Notes under the pieces: model-generated | What the model saw: only the letters and a program-made list of their open reading frames with translations | Told to the model about the DNA's origin: nothing | Database searches by the model: none | Position numbers and translations under genes: made by a program | From: a virus | Taxonomy: Duplodnaviria; Heunggongvirae; Uroviricota; Caudoviricetes | IMG/VR virus record: IMGVR_UViG_3300017747_002194 | Coordinates: 1 to 64,000 of that record | DNA length: 64,000 nucleotides | Direction: 5' to 3' (one strand) | Shown: positions 27,370 to 37,145 of the stretch, one piece after another | Numbering within the stretch: the stretch's first letter is position 1 | Layout: each line of letters begins with the position of its first letter

Positions 27370-27919
27370 TAAAAGGTTTAAAGCTAGCTCTAAACCAAAG
27401 AAAAAAGCTGTTCCTCATGGAATCCCTGTAGTTCACGATGGAGTTCAATTAAGATCTGGATTAGAGAAAATATGTTATGAAGCTTTAACTAAAGCAGGTA
27501 TAACGCATTTTAACTATGAAGATGATGTATTTGAGCTTCAACCTAAATATACAGCCTCAGGAGTCAGTTATCAGCTTTATAAGCGTATGATGACTTATGA
27601 AGAAGCTAAAGCTGAAGGAATAAATGCAAGATTTAAGAATAAAAGTAAACCTAAATATGTCTATCAATTTGGAGAAGTTACTAATAATATTAGAGCAATC
27701 ACTATTAAACCTGATTTTAGCTGTCTAGATAAAGATACTAAAACTGGTTGGATAATTGAGACTAAGGGAGATTACACAAATGAGTATCTTCTAAAGTTAA
27801 GATTGTTTAAATATTGGTGGACTATAAATGGATGGACAATAGATTATTTTGCTCCTAATAATTTAACTAATGTAAATAAGTGTGTTAAACTAATTAAAAA
27901 CAAATACTATGGATTATAG
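27344..27919 (+). CDS. PD-(D/E)xK-fold nuclease (putative)
   Basis: IKPDF...D...GWIIETKGD (D...E-x-K) and a basic N-terminus. Confidence 0.45.
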   Translation: MGRRPSLANKRFKASSKPKKKAVPHGIPVVHDGVQLRSGLEKICYEALTKAGITHFNYEDDVFELQPKYTASGVSYQLYKRMMTYEEAKAEGINARFKNKSKPKYVYQFGEVTNNIRAITIKPDFSCLDKDTKTGWIIETKGDYTNEYLLKLRLFKYWWTINGWTIDYFAPNNLTNVNKCVKLIKNKYYGL

Positions 27920-28388
27920 AACTAAATTTAAAAAAACTAAAATAGCATTTATTGCTGTATGTGCTGTCTTAGGAATAATTGGTGGTTGGAATCTAGGTGC
28001 CTTTATATTTAAAGAACGTAGTGAAAAATTACTAATACCTAAACCTACTGTAGTTGCTGATACAGTTAAAATAGAAGGATTTAGTGAAGCTAAACTAATA
28101 GAATTTATGGATATTATAGAAATGAAATATCCTAAGATTGTATTAGCTCAAGCTAAACATGAAACCGGTAATTTTAAGGCTCCAAGATTTATAAAACATA
28201 ATGCTTTATTTGGTTTTCAAACATCAGATTCAGATATTATTAAATATAAATCTTGGAAAGAATCAGTAATTGCATATAAAGCTTGGCAAATGAAAAGACT
28301 TAAAGATGGTGAAGATTATTATAAGTTTTTAGTTAGAGTTAAATATGCTGCTGATACTAATTATGTTAAAAAATTAAAACAATATTAA
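27909..28388 (+). CDS. N-acetylglucosaminidase-family (FlgJ-like) peptidoglycan hydrolase with N-terminal signal-anchor-release (SAR)-like domain
   Basis: Gly/Ala-rich TM helix IAFIAVCAVLGIIGGWNLGAFIF, then VLAQAKHETGNFKAP...HNALFGFQ matching the glucosaminidase AQAalESGwg....NNLFGIK signature. Confidence 0.6.
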   Translation: MDYRTKFKKTKIAFIAVCAVLGIIGGWNLGAFIFKERSEKLLIPKPTVVADTVKIEGFSEAKLIEFMDIIEMKYPKIVLAQAKHETGNFKAPRFIKHNALFGFQTSDSDIIKYKSWKESVIAYKAWQMKRLKDGEDYYKFLVRVKYAADTNYVKKLKQY

Positions 28389-28571
28389 ATGGCTTGTAAA
28401 GTAGAATACAAAGATCTTGAAGAGATCACAAAATTTTTAGATAAGATTAGTAAAGTAGAATGTTATTTTAAAGGTACAAATGAACTTGTTAAATTTCAAG
28501 GTACTTCTAAAGCTTTATCTCAAAAAATCAAAGATAAATACACTGAAATAAAACCAGATTACGAAAAATGA
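28389..28571 (+). CDS. hypothetical small protein
   Basis: 60 aa; coupled to the next gene. Confidence 0.45.
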   Translation: MACKVEYKDLEEITKFLDKISKVECYFKGTNELVKFQGTSKALSQKIKDKYTEIKPDYEK

Positions 28572-29317
28572 TAGGTTTAATAGACGCTGATCATATACCT
28601 TATATTGTATGTTACAATAAGATAGGTGAACCTGAAAAAACCTTAGAAGAAGCTATTAAATCTGCTAATAGCTATCTTCAAGGGTTAATTAATGGTACAA
28701 ATGTAGAAGAATTTCATTTATTCTTCACAATAGGAAAAAACTTTAGATATGATATATATCCGGAGTATAAAGCTAATAGAAAAAATAATGAGAAACCACC
28801 ATTCTTTAATGAAGTAAGAGATTATTTAATTAATGAATATAATGGTATTCATGGTTATGGACTAGAAGCTGATGATTTGTTAGTAATATATAAAAATAAA
28901 TATATTGCTGAACAAACTAGTTATATTGTAATGTCTACAGATAAGGATATTAATAACTTATTTGGATTACATTATGATATTAAAAACGATGTTGCAAAAT
29001 TAGTTGATACAGAATTTGCAGAACAATATTTTTGGGGTTCAATTATCACAGGTGATACTGCTGATAATATTAAAGGAGTACCCGGAAGAGGACCAGCTTT
29101 TATTAAAAAGCTATGGAATGAATGTAATAATATAAATTTATTTAAAAGTAAAGTGATTTGTGAATATATAAATCATTTTGGTGAAGAAGTTGGAATTGAA
29201 GAATTTTACAAAAACTATAAGTGCCTAAAAATTAAAGACTCTCACGAAGGTGTTGAGTTTGTAAACCCTATAAAAAGCACAGAAGTTTATGCAAGGACGC
29301 TTGGTCTGGTTAATTAA
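28568..29317 (+). CDS. 5'-3' exonuclease / flap endonuclease (T4 RNase H / T5 D15 type)
   Basis: GLIDADHIPY, GLEADDLL, STDKDINNL and TGDTADNIKGVPG motifs. Confidence 0.85.
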   Translation: MIGLIDADHIPYIVCYNKIGEPEKTLEEAIKSANSYLQGLINGTNVEEFHLFFTIGKNFRYDIYPEYKANRKNNEKPPFFNEVRDYLINEYNGIHGYGLEADDLLVIYKNKYIAEQTSYIVMSTDKDINNLFGLHYDIKNDVAKLVDTEFAEQYFWGSIITGDTADNIKGVPGRGPAFIKKLWNECNNINLFKSKVICEYINHFGEEVGIEEFYKNYKCLKIKDSHEGVEFVNPIKSTEVYARTLGLVN

Positions 29318-29879
29318 TAACGGTTATACCGATGAACACGGTTCAGTCACTAGGACTAGAACTACAACATTCTTAATGCCTTTAGTTGGTATTACAGAAG
29401 AAAAATTGATGGAATTCCATCCTAAAATATTTATAAATGCTTACGTTGAAGATTTTGTGGATAGTAAGATTGTAATAGTTTTAAATAAATTAGATTTTGA
29501 AGAAGAGTCTAAAGATTTTATAACTACTGAACACTTAAATGAACATTTTGAAAGATGTGATGAAAATGAGGAAGAATACATGTTATATTACAATATTCCA
29601 GATCATTTTAAAGATGATGTAATGAAAATACTTAAAGGACAATATTCTCAAACTTCACCAAGTTATAAAGATGTCCTAATTAAAATATATGGAAATGGTA
29701 GAAATACTACAGATCATAGACCTACAGTCTTTGACTGTTTATTTCCAACAAAAGAAAAAAGAGAAGCTTATGCTAATTATTTAGGAGTAGAAACTCATTT
29801 AATAGATGAAGTATCTTCTAGACCTAGAAAAGAGTATGAAATATTTAAATCAATTGAACAATTAAAAGAAATATTATGA
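29289..29879 (+). CDS. hypothetical protein
   Basis: 196 aa; the real start may lie downstream of 29289. Confidence 0.5.
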   Translation: MQGRLVWLINNGYTDEHGSVTRTRTTTFLMPLVGITEEKLMEFHPKIFINAYVEDFVDSKIVIVLNKLDFEEESKDFITTEHLNEHFERCDENEEEYMLYYNIPDHFKDDVMKILKGQYSQTSPSYKDVLIKIYGNGRNTTDHRPTVFDCLFPTKEKREAYANYLGVETHLIDEVSSRPRKEYEIFKSIEQLKEIL

Positions 29880-30091
29880 CACAAGAAGAAAGAATTGACG
29901 AAGTTTGGAAAGCAAGGTTGAAAGACCACGAGAGAATGTTTCCTATTTTAAATAAGATTGATAGAATTTGGATGGCTAATCCAACTTTACAATTTTGTGA
30001 ACTAGCAAAATTAATTGTGTTAGATAGTAAAAATGATATAGAATTTACACAAAAATTAGATGAATACATAGATGAACACAACATTAAATAA
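29876..30091 (+). CDS. hypothetical small protein
   Basis: 71 aa. Confidence 0.45.
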   Translation: MTQEERIDEVWKARLKDHERMFPILNKIDRIWMANPTLQFCELAKLIVLDSKNDIEFTQKLDEYIDEHNIK

Positions 30092-30896
30092 TTATACAAT
30101 AGAGGATTTTTTAAAACTAAAACCAATAATTTATGAATATTGTGTTAACTTAACTCAGAAAAGAACTATATCATCTTGGGATAGAGATTTTGAAGATGCA
30201 AATGATCTATACCAAGATGTATATTTGTATGTACATGATAATTATTTTAATTTACCTAAAGAAAAAATAACTGAAGCTAAATTTATACAAATAATGAAAA
30301 ATTGTACATATTGGACTTATCATAGAAAGTATACAAAGAAAAATAATAAAGTGATTAATGATGCTCATTACTTCCAACAATCAAGGGAAACAGAGTTTCA
30401 TTTTTCAGAAAACTTATTTGAATATCCTACCTATTTTGAAAATATAGAAGATAATCCTGATTATAATTTTGTTATGAAAGGTTTAAAATTTTCTGAAAGA
30501 TTAGCTATAAATTACTTTTTAAAAGGTTATTCTAAAACAGAAGTTGCTAAAATGTTTAATAAGAATTATGTATTTATTACGTCAATTGTTAAAAAAATTG
30601 AAACTAATGTACTAATGGATAAACTTAGTAAACCTTTAATTAAAGAAAAACCTAAAAAAGAAATTGTTTATAATGACTTGGTGTTTGTGAGAAAAAAATT
30701 GCCTAATTTTGATAAGATATTTAAGAAAACTAGAAACATCAAAACTCTTGAAAATGATAGAAAGATTAAAATGTATTCTTTATATTTACAAGGTGTGTCT
30801 AATAAAGACATAGCTAAACAATTAGGAAAACCTTTTAATCAAATCAATCAAGAGATTTATAGAATTAATCAAAAGGTTAAAAAATATGCTATCTGA
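30072..30896 (+). CDS. sigma-factor-like / HTH transcription regulator (candidate late-gene regulator)
   Basis: Two LuxR/sigma-region-4-like HTH segments (LAINYFLKGYSKTEVAKMF, LYLQGVSNKDIAKQLG) after an acidic N-terminal region. Confidence 0.4.
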   Translation: MNTTLNNYTIEDFLKLKPIIYEYCVNLTQKRTISSWDRDFEDANDLYQDVYLYVHDNYFNLPKEKITEAKFIQIMKNCTYWTYHRKYTKKNNKVINDAHYFQQSRETEFHFSENLFEYPTYFENIEDNPDYNFVMKGLKFSERLAINYFLKGYSKTEVAKMFNKNYVFITSIVKKIETNVLMDKLSKPLIKEKPKKEIVYNDLVFVRKKLPNFDKIFKKTRNIKTLENDRKIKMYSLYLQGVSNKDIAKQLGKPFNQINQEIYRINQKVKKYAI

Positions 30897-31269
30897 TAAA
30901 ACAGAGTTATTAGAGCAAACTAAGAAATTAGTTGAAATAAAAGAAACATTAAAATTTGATGAGGGTAAGCCTTGTATGAGTGATATCCCTCATCTTAGTT
31001 TAATGTCAGTAGCTAGAGTATTTAATTACGGAGCTAAAAAATACAGTAAATTTAATTATAGTGGAGGAACAAATTGGTTAAGATATTATGATGCTGCACA
31101 AAGACATTTAAATTCGTGGATGATTAGTGATGATATAGATGCTGAAAGTAAAGAAAATCATCTTGATCATGCAATAGCTAGTCTATTAATGTTGAGAGAA
31201 AATATTCACTTAAACACAGGTACTGATAACAGGAATCCTGTATACAAAAAATCTCATGAAGTTAAGTAA
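30886..31269 (+). CDS. dATP/dGTP diphosphohydrolase-like (all-alpha MazG-like NTP pyrophosphatase) protein
   Basis: DEGKPCMSDIP..L..VARVFNYGAKKY...NW......AAQRHL..W...DDIDAES.ENHLDHAIASLLML.E matches the phage DxGKP...LLP...FGA.KY...NW...RH...GED.D.E.G.HLAHA..NLLFL family pattern. Confidence 0.65.
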   Translation: MLSDKTELLEQTKKLVEIKETLKFDEGKPCMSDIPHLSLMSVARVFNYGAKKYSKFNYSGGTNWLRYYDAAQRHLNSWMISDDIDAESKENHLDHAIASLLMLRENIHLNTGTDNRNPVYKKSHEVK

Positions 31270-32344
31270 AATACAAAAATCAATTTATAATTGGTTACTA
31301 ATCAAAGATAGTTATCTAAAATGTAGTCCTAAAGTAATTGCTAAGTATTATCCTAATAAAGCAACCTCTAAAGATATTCAAATAGCATTAGAACAAGCTA
31401 GAATTTTAGTAAAATCTCAAAAATCAGCAAAACCCACACCTTATCCTGGAGATTATGACATATCACACTTAGGGACTATGTATAAAAAATATCTAAAAGA
31501 AAAAAGTGTTGAGGTAATTAAACCAGAAAAAGAAGTTAAAGTTATTAATCAATTAAAAACATCTAAATCAGTAAGAGGTCAACATTACCTTCAACCTGGA
31601 TTATACATTTCAATAGGGTGTGCTCATGCACCATTTCATCTAGCTCCGGCATTTAAAGCTGTTCAACAACTACTACATGATAATAAATCTCAAATAGTTG
31701 GATTAGTTCTAGCAGGGGATTTCTTAGATATGAACAGTTTAAGTAGTCATGATAAAGGTAGAAAACCATTACCTGGAGTTACATTAGATTGGGAATATGC
31801 AGAATCTGAAGTATTATTAAGTAGTTTGTTAGATCCATTAGCTTCTAACATTGAAAAAGTCTATATATTTGGAAATCATGAAGATAGATACCATAGATAT
31901 ATGTCTGATATTGATAATTCTAAACTTGGATCTTCATTAGAAGGCCCTATTTCAGGTTTAAAATTAGTAGATAAAGGATTTCATATCTATGAGAATTGGA
32001 AAGAGGACTATATTACATTAGGCCATCATTTACAAGTATCTCACGGAGAATTCTTCAACGTCCATTCAGCGAAGAAGCATATAGACACTTATAGAAAATC
32101 TGTATTATATTATCATACTCATAGAGTACAGCAGTACATTGAAGGTGCTGTAGGAGGGTATAATGGAGGATCTATGGCTGATTTTAATGCTCCAGTATTT
32201 GGATATGCATCAAGAGCTATGAAGAATAGTTGGCTTAATGGTTTTAATGCTGTTCATGTAGATGAACAAGGATTTTATCATATTCAACAAATAGTTTGCT
32301 ATAACAATAGCTTTGTATTTGGGAATAAAATTTATAAATACTAA
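31256..32344 (+). CDS. calcineurin-like metallophosphoesterase (SbcD/Mre11-like nuclease or phosphatase)
   Basis: AGDFLD (GDxxD), GNHE, GHH and HTH motifs in canonical order. Confidence 0.6.
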   Translation: MKLSKIQKSIYNWLLIKDSYLKCSPKVIAKYYPNKATSKDIQIALEQARILVKSQKSAKPTPYPGDYDISHLGTMYKKYLKEKSVEVIKPEKEVKVINQLKTSKSVRGQHYLQPGLYISIGCAHAPFHLAPAFKAVQQLLHDNKSQIVGLVLAGDFLDMNSLSSHDKGRKPLPGVTLDWEYAESEVLLSSLLDPLASNIEKVYIFGNHEDRYHRYMSDIDNSKLGSSLEGPISGLKLVDKGFHIYENWKEDYITLGHHLQVSHGEFFNVHSAKKHIDTYRKSVLYYHTHRVQQYIEGAVGGYNGGSMADFNAPVFGYASRAMKNSWLNGFNAVHVDEQGFYHIQQIVCYNNSFVFGNKIYKY

Positions 32345-32626
32345 AATACCAAATAACTACATACTAGTTCTTTAATAACTAATAACCTTTAGTAATTTAA
32401 ATTTTTACACCTAGTATTGTAGTTATTTGTTCTTATTGTACCAACTTCTTCCTCTTTAATATGTGTCCCAGTCTATGACCTGTTCTTAGAACATCTCTGT
32501 TAAATGAAAGTTGAGTCCCTTAGACAAGAGGATCCCTTGATTCTAAGTAGCTATATAAGATTGATTTTCCAGCAATGCTTATATTAATCCAGTTAAGCTA
32601 AAGTCGGCTGGTTTTAAAAATAAACT

Positions 32627-32905
32627 ATGACTAAAATAAAACTTGATTCAGAAGAATTTCTTAGACCTGTAATAACTTACATGCTTAGAGAATATGGAGT
32701 AGACTATGATTATGTAGTTAAACATCCTAAAATTAAAGGAGTTGTTTGGTGTCAATATTATTGGGATTCTCCAAAGAGTAAAAAAGAATTTTTAGATTGG
32801 CTTAAAACATTTCTAAAAACAAAAGTAAATTATAAACCACACAAACTTGAAGATGTAATCTATTCAATAGATACAACTTGGGGATTAAAATTAGAAGAAA
32901 AATGA
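32627..32905 (+). CDS. hypothetical protein
   Basis: 92 aa. Confidence 0.5.
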   Translation: MTKIKLDSEEFLRPVITYMLREYGVDYDYVVKHPKIKGVVWCQYYWDSPKSKKEFLDWLKTFLKTKVNYKPHKLEDVIYSIDTTWGLKLEEK

Positions 32906-33102
32906 TACAAGCTTTTTTAACAACATTATTATGGAATACAGTAGGAACACTTATATTTATTATTTGGATACTAAGTATAATGTTTATATGTATTCAAAGA
33001 AATTTCAATAAAGAAAAATATTCTAAAAAAGAATTTATTCTAGATTTAATTATACCATTTAGGTATTTTTATAAAGCTTTTTACAATTTATTTAAAAATT
33101 AA
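32878..33102 (+). CDS. small membrane protein
   Basis: 74 aa with two hydrophobic segments. Confidence 0.45.
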   Translation: MGIKIRRKMIQAFLTTLLWNTVGTLIFIIWILSIMFICIQRNFNKEKYSKKEFILDLIIPFRYFYKAFYNLFKN

Positions 33103-33112
33103 TACAAATTAA

Positions 33113-33142
33113 AAACCCTCCTAGAGAAATCTAAGAGGGTTT
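33113..33142. terminator. bidirectional hairpin aaaccctcc-TAGAGAAATCTAA-gagggttt between convergent + and - gene blocks
   Basis: Inverted repeat flanked by A-run and T-run; same loop motif as the hairpin at 7325. Confidence 0.55.
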
Positions 33143-33249
33143 CTTATAAACAAAACTAAACTATCGTATATGAAAACTATCGTAAACCAGAGAGTAGCTG
33201 TCGGCTATAACACAATGAACAGGAAGGCTTTATTGTCTTTATTCAGTGC

Positions 33250-36200
33250 TTATTTGAAGTAGAAGTTTCCTGAGTTCATTAAATTATCAAATTGTGATTC
33301 TAAGTTAGCCACAGGTACAATATCTCTAAATTCTTTACTTAATTTAGTCATCCCTTTATTAGGTCCTTTGGAAATATATACATCTTTAGTATTTCCTAAA
33401 GAAGCATTAACTGGAGTCTTTACTAACTGTACTAATAACTCACCAAAATCATTAGCTGTTCTTAATCCTGATACAGGGTTTTTTAAATTTGCATATAATG
33501 ATTTAGGATTGATAGCAGCATCTAACTCACCACCAACTCTATCTGATTGTTTTCTTAAAAAGTTTACAAACATTTTTAATTCTTCATCATCATCATCAAT
33601 ACCTTTAGCAATAGACTCTAACATTAACATTAATACAGCAGTAGTCATCCAATAGATACTTTCTACTTGTAATTTCTTTAAATTAGATTTTTCATAATCT
33701 TGTAAGGAATTAAAAGCTGTTCTAATAGAATTAAAATCATACATAGCTCCTGCTTTAATTACAGATATAAATCTAGCAAAAGTTCTATATCTTCCCTCTT
33801 GATAATTACCTGTAGTCTCATCAAAGTACGTAGCTCCATATCTAGATTTACCAAAATTGTATATCCATTTTTTAAATTGCATAGCTGTTTGACCTAAAGC
33901 ATATTCTTGTAAAGCTACTTTATCTCCTTCACTGTAGTTACCATGAATAATCTTATTCATATTTTTAATTTCCACAGACATTGCTCTCCTTTGAACAGGA
34001 GAATATTCAAATCCTTCTTTTAGTTTCAATTCTCCATTAACAAATTCATGAGCTTCCCAAATAGAAAGTTTTTCACCTGTTTTACTATTAGTTAATAATT
34101 CAGATCTTAATTTAGCAATAGCTGTATTAGATTGAGCAACAAATTCTCCAGCAGTAATACCTCCAAACATTATTGTACTTAATACAGAATGATCTTCTAT
34201 AATTTGATTTCTATCAATCCAATTAAATTTTTCAAGCATTGCTTCAAATTTATTAGTAGGTTTAATAGTATGAGGATCTTTACCAACATGTTTCATAAAG
34301 TTCATAGTACTTATTTGTCTAGTAGTATCTGCAATAGCTTTATTTAAATGTTTATTAGTGAATCCAAATTGTTGACCAAATCCTTCTATCCTATTATTAA
34401 TATTAGCCATAATAGTGTTATTAATAGCTGAAAATGGATTTAAACCTAATGATTTATAAGCTACAAAAGTGTTAAAGTTTTGTAATAGTTTAGCTGTTTT
34501 AGTTTGATTAGCTGTAGAATTAGAATAAAATATCATACGCATGTAAGTTTCCATACGTTCTTGTGTTTTAGAAACTCCTTGAATATACTCTTTTTGTCCG
34601 GCACTATTTAATTTAAAGAATTGAGTATTCTTCATTATTTTTCTAGCAATCATTAAAGTAGATTCTGTTTGTTTCATTAAATCATAATTTTCAGCCATAT
34701 GGGCCACTTTAATTAATGATTTAGTCATATCAACTTCTAATTCTTCCGGTGTTAATTTATTCTCTTCAATTAAAATAACATTTTTAGCTATTTTAATTTT
34801 ATTTAATAATTCTTTATTTGAAGGATCTGATATTAATTCTTTTTGTAAAGACTCTAATTTTGCTTCAAGCTTTTTAAGCTTTTCAACATTCTTTAGATCT
34901 GCTGTATACATAATAGGAACATCTTCTACTATTTGTCCATTCTCATCTAATTGTCTAGAACTAAATACAACATCTGGATTTACAAATTGTCTAAATCCTT
35001 TTTTAGCAGCATTAAATATACCTAATTTCTTAGCATCTGTTAATAAAGAGTTTTTTACTCTAAACATTTTACCTTGCATTTTATTTTTTACAGCTAAAGG
35101 TAATTTATCTAATAATTCAGAATTAGCTTTCATTACAAACTCAAAGTATTCTTTTTTAGCTTTTCCTTGAGGAGTTTGATCATTCATTAATTTATAATAC
35201 TCTGGATTACCAAACTTAGTAACTTTACCATTTCTTTCAGTAACTACTTCTGTAAATTCAGGTTTAACATGTGTTACTAAAACTCTTTTTACCTCACCTG
35301 TAGGTTTATAAGTATTACCTACTTTAACTTTAACCATAGCAAAAGTCTCTCTTTCATCTTGATAATACTTACGTCTATACTGTTTATATAATTTATCATA
35401 CATTTCTGGAGTAACTTCTTCACCGCTAGCTAATTTAGATCCGGGCACATAAGGTTTTTTAACCCATGAAAAAAATCCATTCTCTCCAATAGATAGAAAT
35501 TCAAATTCACTTCTTGCTTGTTTAAACTCATCAGTATACTTTTTATTCTCACCATCTTGTAAACCCTGCTCTCCTAAAGTTTCAGCTTTTAAGAAACTAG
35601 CCAATTGAGCTTTATCTTCAGCTAATTTAATATTATGCTCTTTTTCTTCTTTAGAAAGAGTTTCTCCTGGTTTATAAATATACTCTCTTTTATTACCATG
35701 TTTATCCTCTAAAAGTTCATAAACTTTCTTTTCAGCATCATAATAAGCTTGAGATACTTTTTGTAATAATCTACCTGTTAACTTACTATCTTTATTCTTT
35801 TGATACATCCAATCAAATCCTTCTACTCCAGCTTTCTTTAACTTTTCACCGGCTCTAACAATTTTATCAACCCAAGTATTAGTATTTTCATAAACAGCTT
35901 CTCTAGTTTTTTCAACCTCTTTCTGTAATAACTGTAACAAAGGACTAACACTATTAGACATACCTCCCATTTTTAATTCTTGGATAGATATATCTTTAGC
36001 TTCTTTTAACATATTTTTAATATCTTCTTCTGTTAAATCTCTTTTAGAATTTGTTTTAACAAAATTAACCATATAAGTTTCTAAGATATTATTAATATCA
36101 TCATTAATATCAGCATACATAGAGTCAATTTCTCCACCTATCTTTTTAATATCATCATTGTATCCTACCATTTGAGGTAAGAATGTTCTTAAATCATTAT

Positions 36201-36699
36201 AAGAATCTAGTTGATTACTTATTTGTAATAAGAAGTTAATATGATCAGGATTATTCATATCAAATTTATTTTCCAAGAATTCTCTAGTTGTAGTTAATTC
36301 ATGGTGCATAAATTCTGCAGTCTTTAAAAAAGCTTCAGTATTTTCTAAAGTAGATAATTGTTCTTTTAAATCCTTTAATCTATTAATAGTTTCCTCTTTA
36401 GGTAAATATCCTTTTCTTTCTTTAGCAGACTCAAATACTAATATCCTAGCTTTTAATTTATCAGCTTGATCTTTTAATAAATTATTTAAACGAGTGATTA
36501 CTCGGTTACTTAATTCTTTTTTTTCAGTGCTTTCAATAGGCTCTTCAAAAGTTTTTTGATTACTAGGTACAGTAGAGATAATTTCTTCTATATTACTAAA
36601 ATCAGGTTTAACATTATATCTATTCTGATTATTCTTTAAATATTCGATTAACTCTTCTTTAGAGTAAGTCTTCCCATTATGGGTATATAAACATGCCAT
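33250..36699 (-). CDS. large coiled-coil-rich virion-associated protein (1149 aa)
   Basis: Last gene of the minus-strand structural operon, with long helical low-complexity stretches; function not recognized. Confidence 0.6.
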   Translation of the reverse strand: MACLYTHNGKTYSKEELIEYLKNNQNRYNVKPDFSNIEEIISTVPSNQKTFEEPIESTEKKELSNRVITRLNNLLKDQADKLKARILVFESAKERKGYLPKEETINRLKDLKEQLSTLENTEAFLKTAEFMHHELTTTREFLENKFDMNNPDHINFLLQISNQLDSYNDLRTFLPQMVGYNDDIKKIGGEIDSMYADINDDINNILETYMVNFVKTNSKRDLTEEDIKNMLKEAKDISIQELKMGGMSNSVSPLLQLLQKEVEKTREAVYENTNTWVDKIVRAGEKLKKAGVEGFDWMYQKNKDSKLTGRLLQKVSQAYYDAEKKVYELLEDKHGNKREYIYKPGETLSKEEKEHNIKLAEDKAQLASFLKAETLGEQGLQDGENKKYTDEFKQARSEFEFLSIGENGFFSWVKKPYVPGSKLASGEEVTPEMYDKLYKQYRRKYYQDERETFAMVKVKVGNTYKPTGEVKRVLVTHVKPEFTEVVTERNGKVTKFGNPEYYKLMNDQTPQGKAKKEYFEFVMKANSELLDKLPLAVKNKMQGKMFRVKNSLLTDAKKLGIFNAAKKGFRQFVNPDVVFSSRQLDENGQIVEDVPIMYTADLKNVEKLKKLEAKLESLQKELISDPSNKELLNKIKIAKNVILIEENKLTPEELEVDMTKSLIKVAHMAENYDLMKQTESTLMIARKIMKNTQFFKLNSAGQKEYIQGVSKTQERMETYMRMIFYSNSTANQTKTAKLLQNFNTFVAYKSLGLNPFSAINNTIMANINNRIEGFGQQFGFTNKHLNKAIADTTRQISTMNFMKHVGKDPHTIKPTNKFEAMLEKFNWIDRNQIIEDHSVLSTIMFGGITAGEFVAQSNTAIAKLRSELLTNSKTGEKLSIWEAHEFVNGELKLKEGFEYSPVQRRAMSVEIKNMNKIIHGNYSEGDKVALQEYALGQTAMQFKKWIYNFGKSRYGATYFDETTGNYQEGRYRTFARFISVIKAGAMYDFNSIRTAFNSLQDYEKSNLKKLQVESIYWMTTAVLMLMLESIAKGIDDDDEELKMFVNFLRKQSDRVGGELDAAINPKSLYANLKNPVSGLRTANDFGELLVQLVKTPVNASLGNTKDVYISKGPNKGMTKLSKEFRDIVPVANLESQFDNLMNSGNFYFK

Positions 36700-36713
36700 A
36701 TTATTTAATTTAA

Positions 36714-37142
36714 TTATCTACTACAAAATTGAGTTATTTCACCGGATTTTAACAATCTTTCAAAATCTTCTATCCCTGTATAATCATCTATAACTTCTTC
36801 TACTTCTTCATTTAAAGTTTCTTTAGCACCTTCATTCTCTAATATATCAAAATTAGTTTGAAGTTGATTAAAAAATTCTTTATTTGGCTCAGCTCTAAGA
36901 ATAGAAGTAATATTATCTCTACGATAAGTAGATCCTATAATTTCTTTAACAGGATCCTCTTTTACTACATTAAATGGTAATTCTTCAGAATTAACTCCAT
37001 ATAAATTTTTAGCTTGTTCTTTTAATTCTAAGTTAGCTTTATTAAAAGCATCTAATTTAGTTGGAACAATCGCTCTACTTTCAGATATAATACCTTTATA
37101 GTACATGTCTCTAATAGCATTATCTAATACATTACATCCCAT
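36714..37142 (-). CDS. hypothetical protein
   Basis: 142 aa, between two giant ORFs. Confidence 0.5.
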   Translation of the reverse strand: MGCNVLDNAIRDMYYKGIISESRAIVPTKLDAFNKANLELKEQAKNLYGVNSEELPFNVVKEDPVKEIIGSTYRRDNITSILRAEPNKEFFNQLQTNFDILENEGAKETLNEEVEEVIDDYTGIEDFERLLKSGEITQFCSR

Positions 37143-37145
37143 AGG

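Noticed and set aside
32345-32626. 280-nt gap as a fourth copy of the structured element family or a small RNA
   Set aside because: Similarity to copies B and C is partial (cctgttcttag, gttaaatgaaag) and the conserved termini are absent; it is noted in the findings only as a weak relative.
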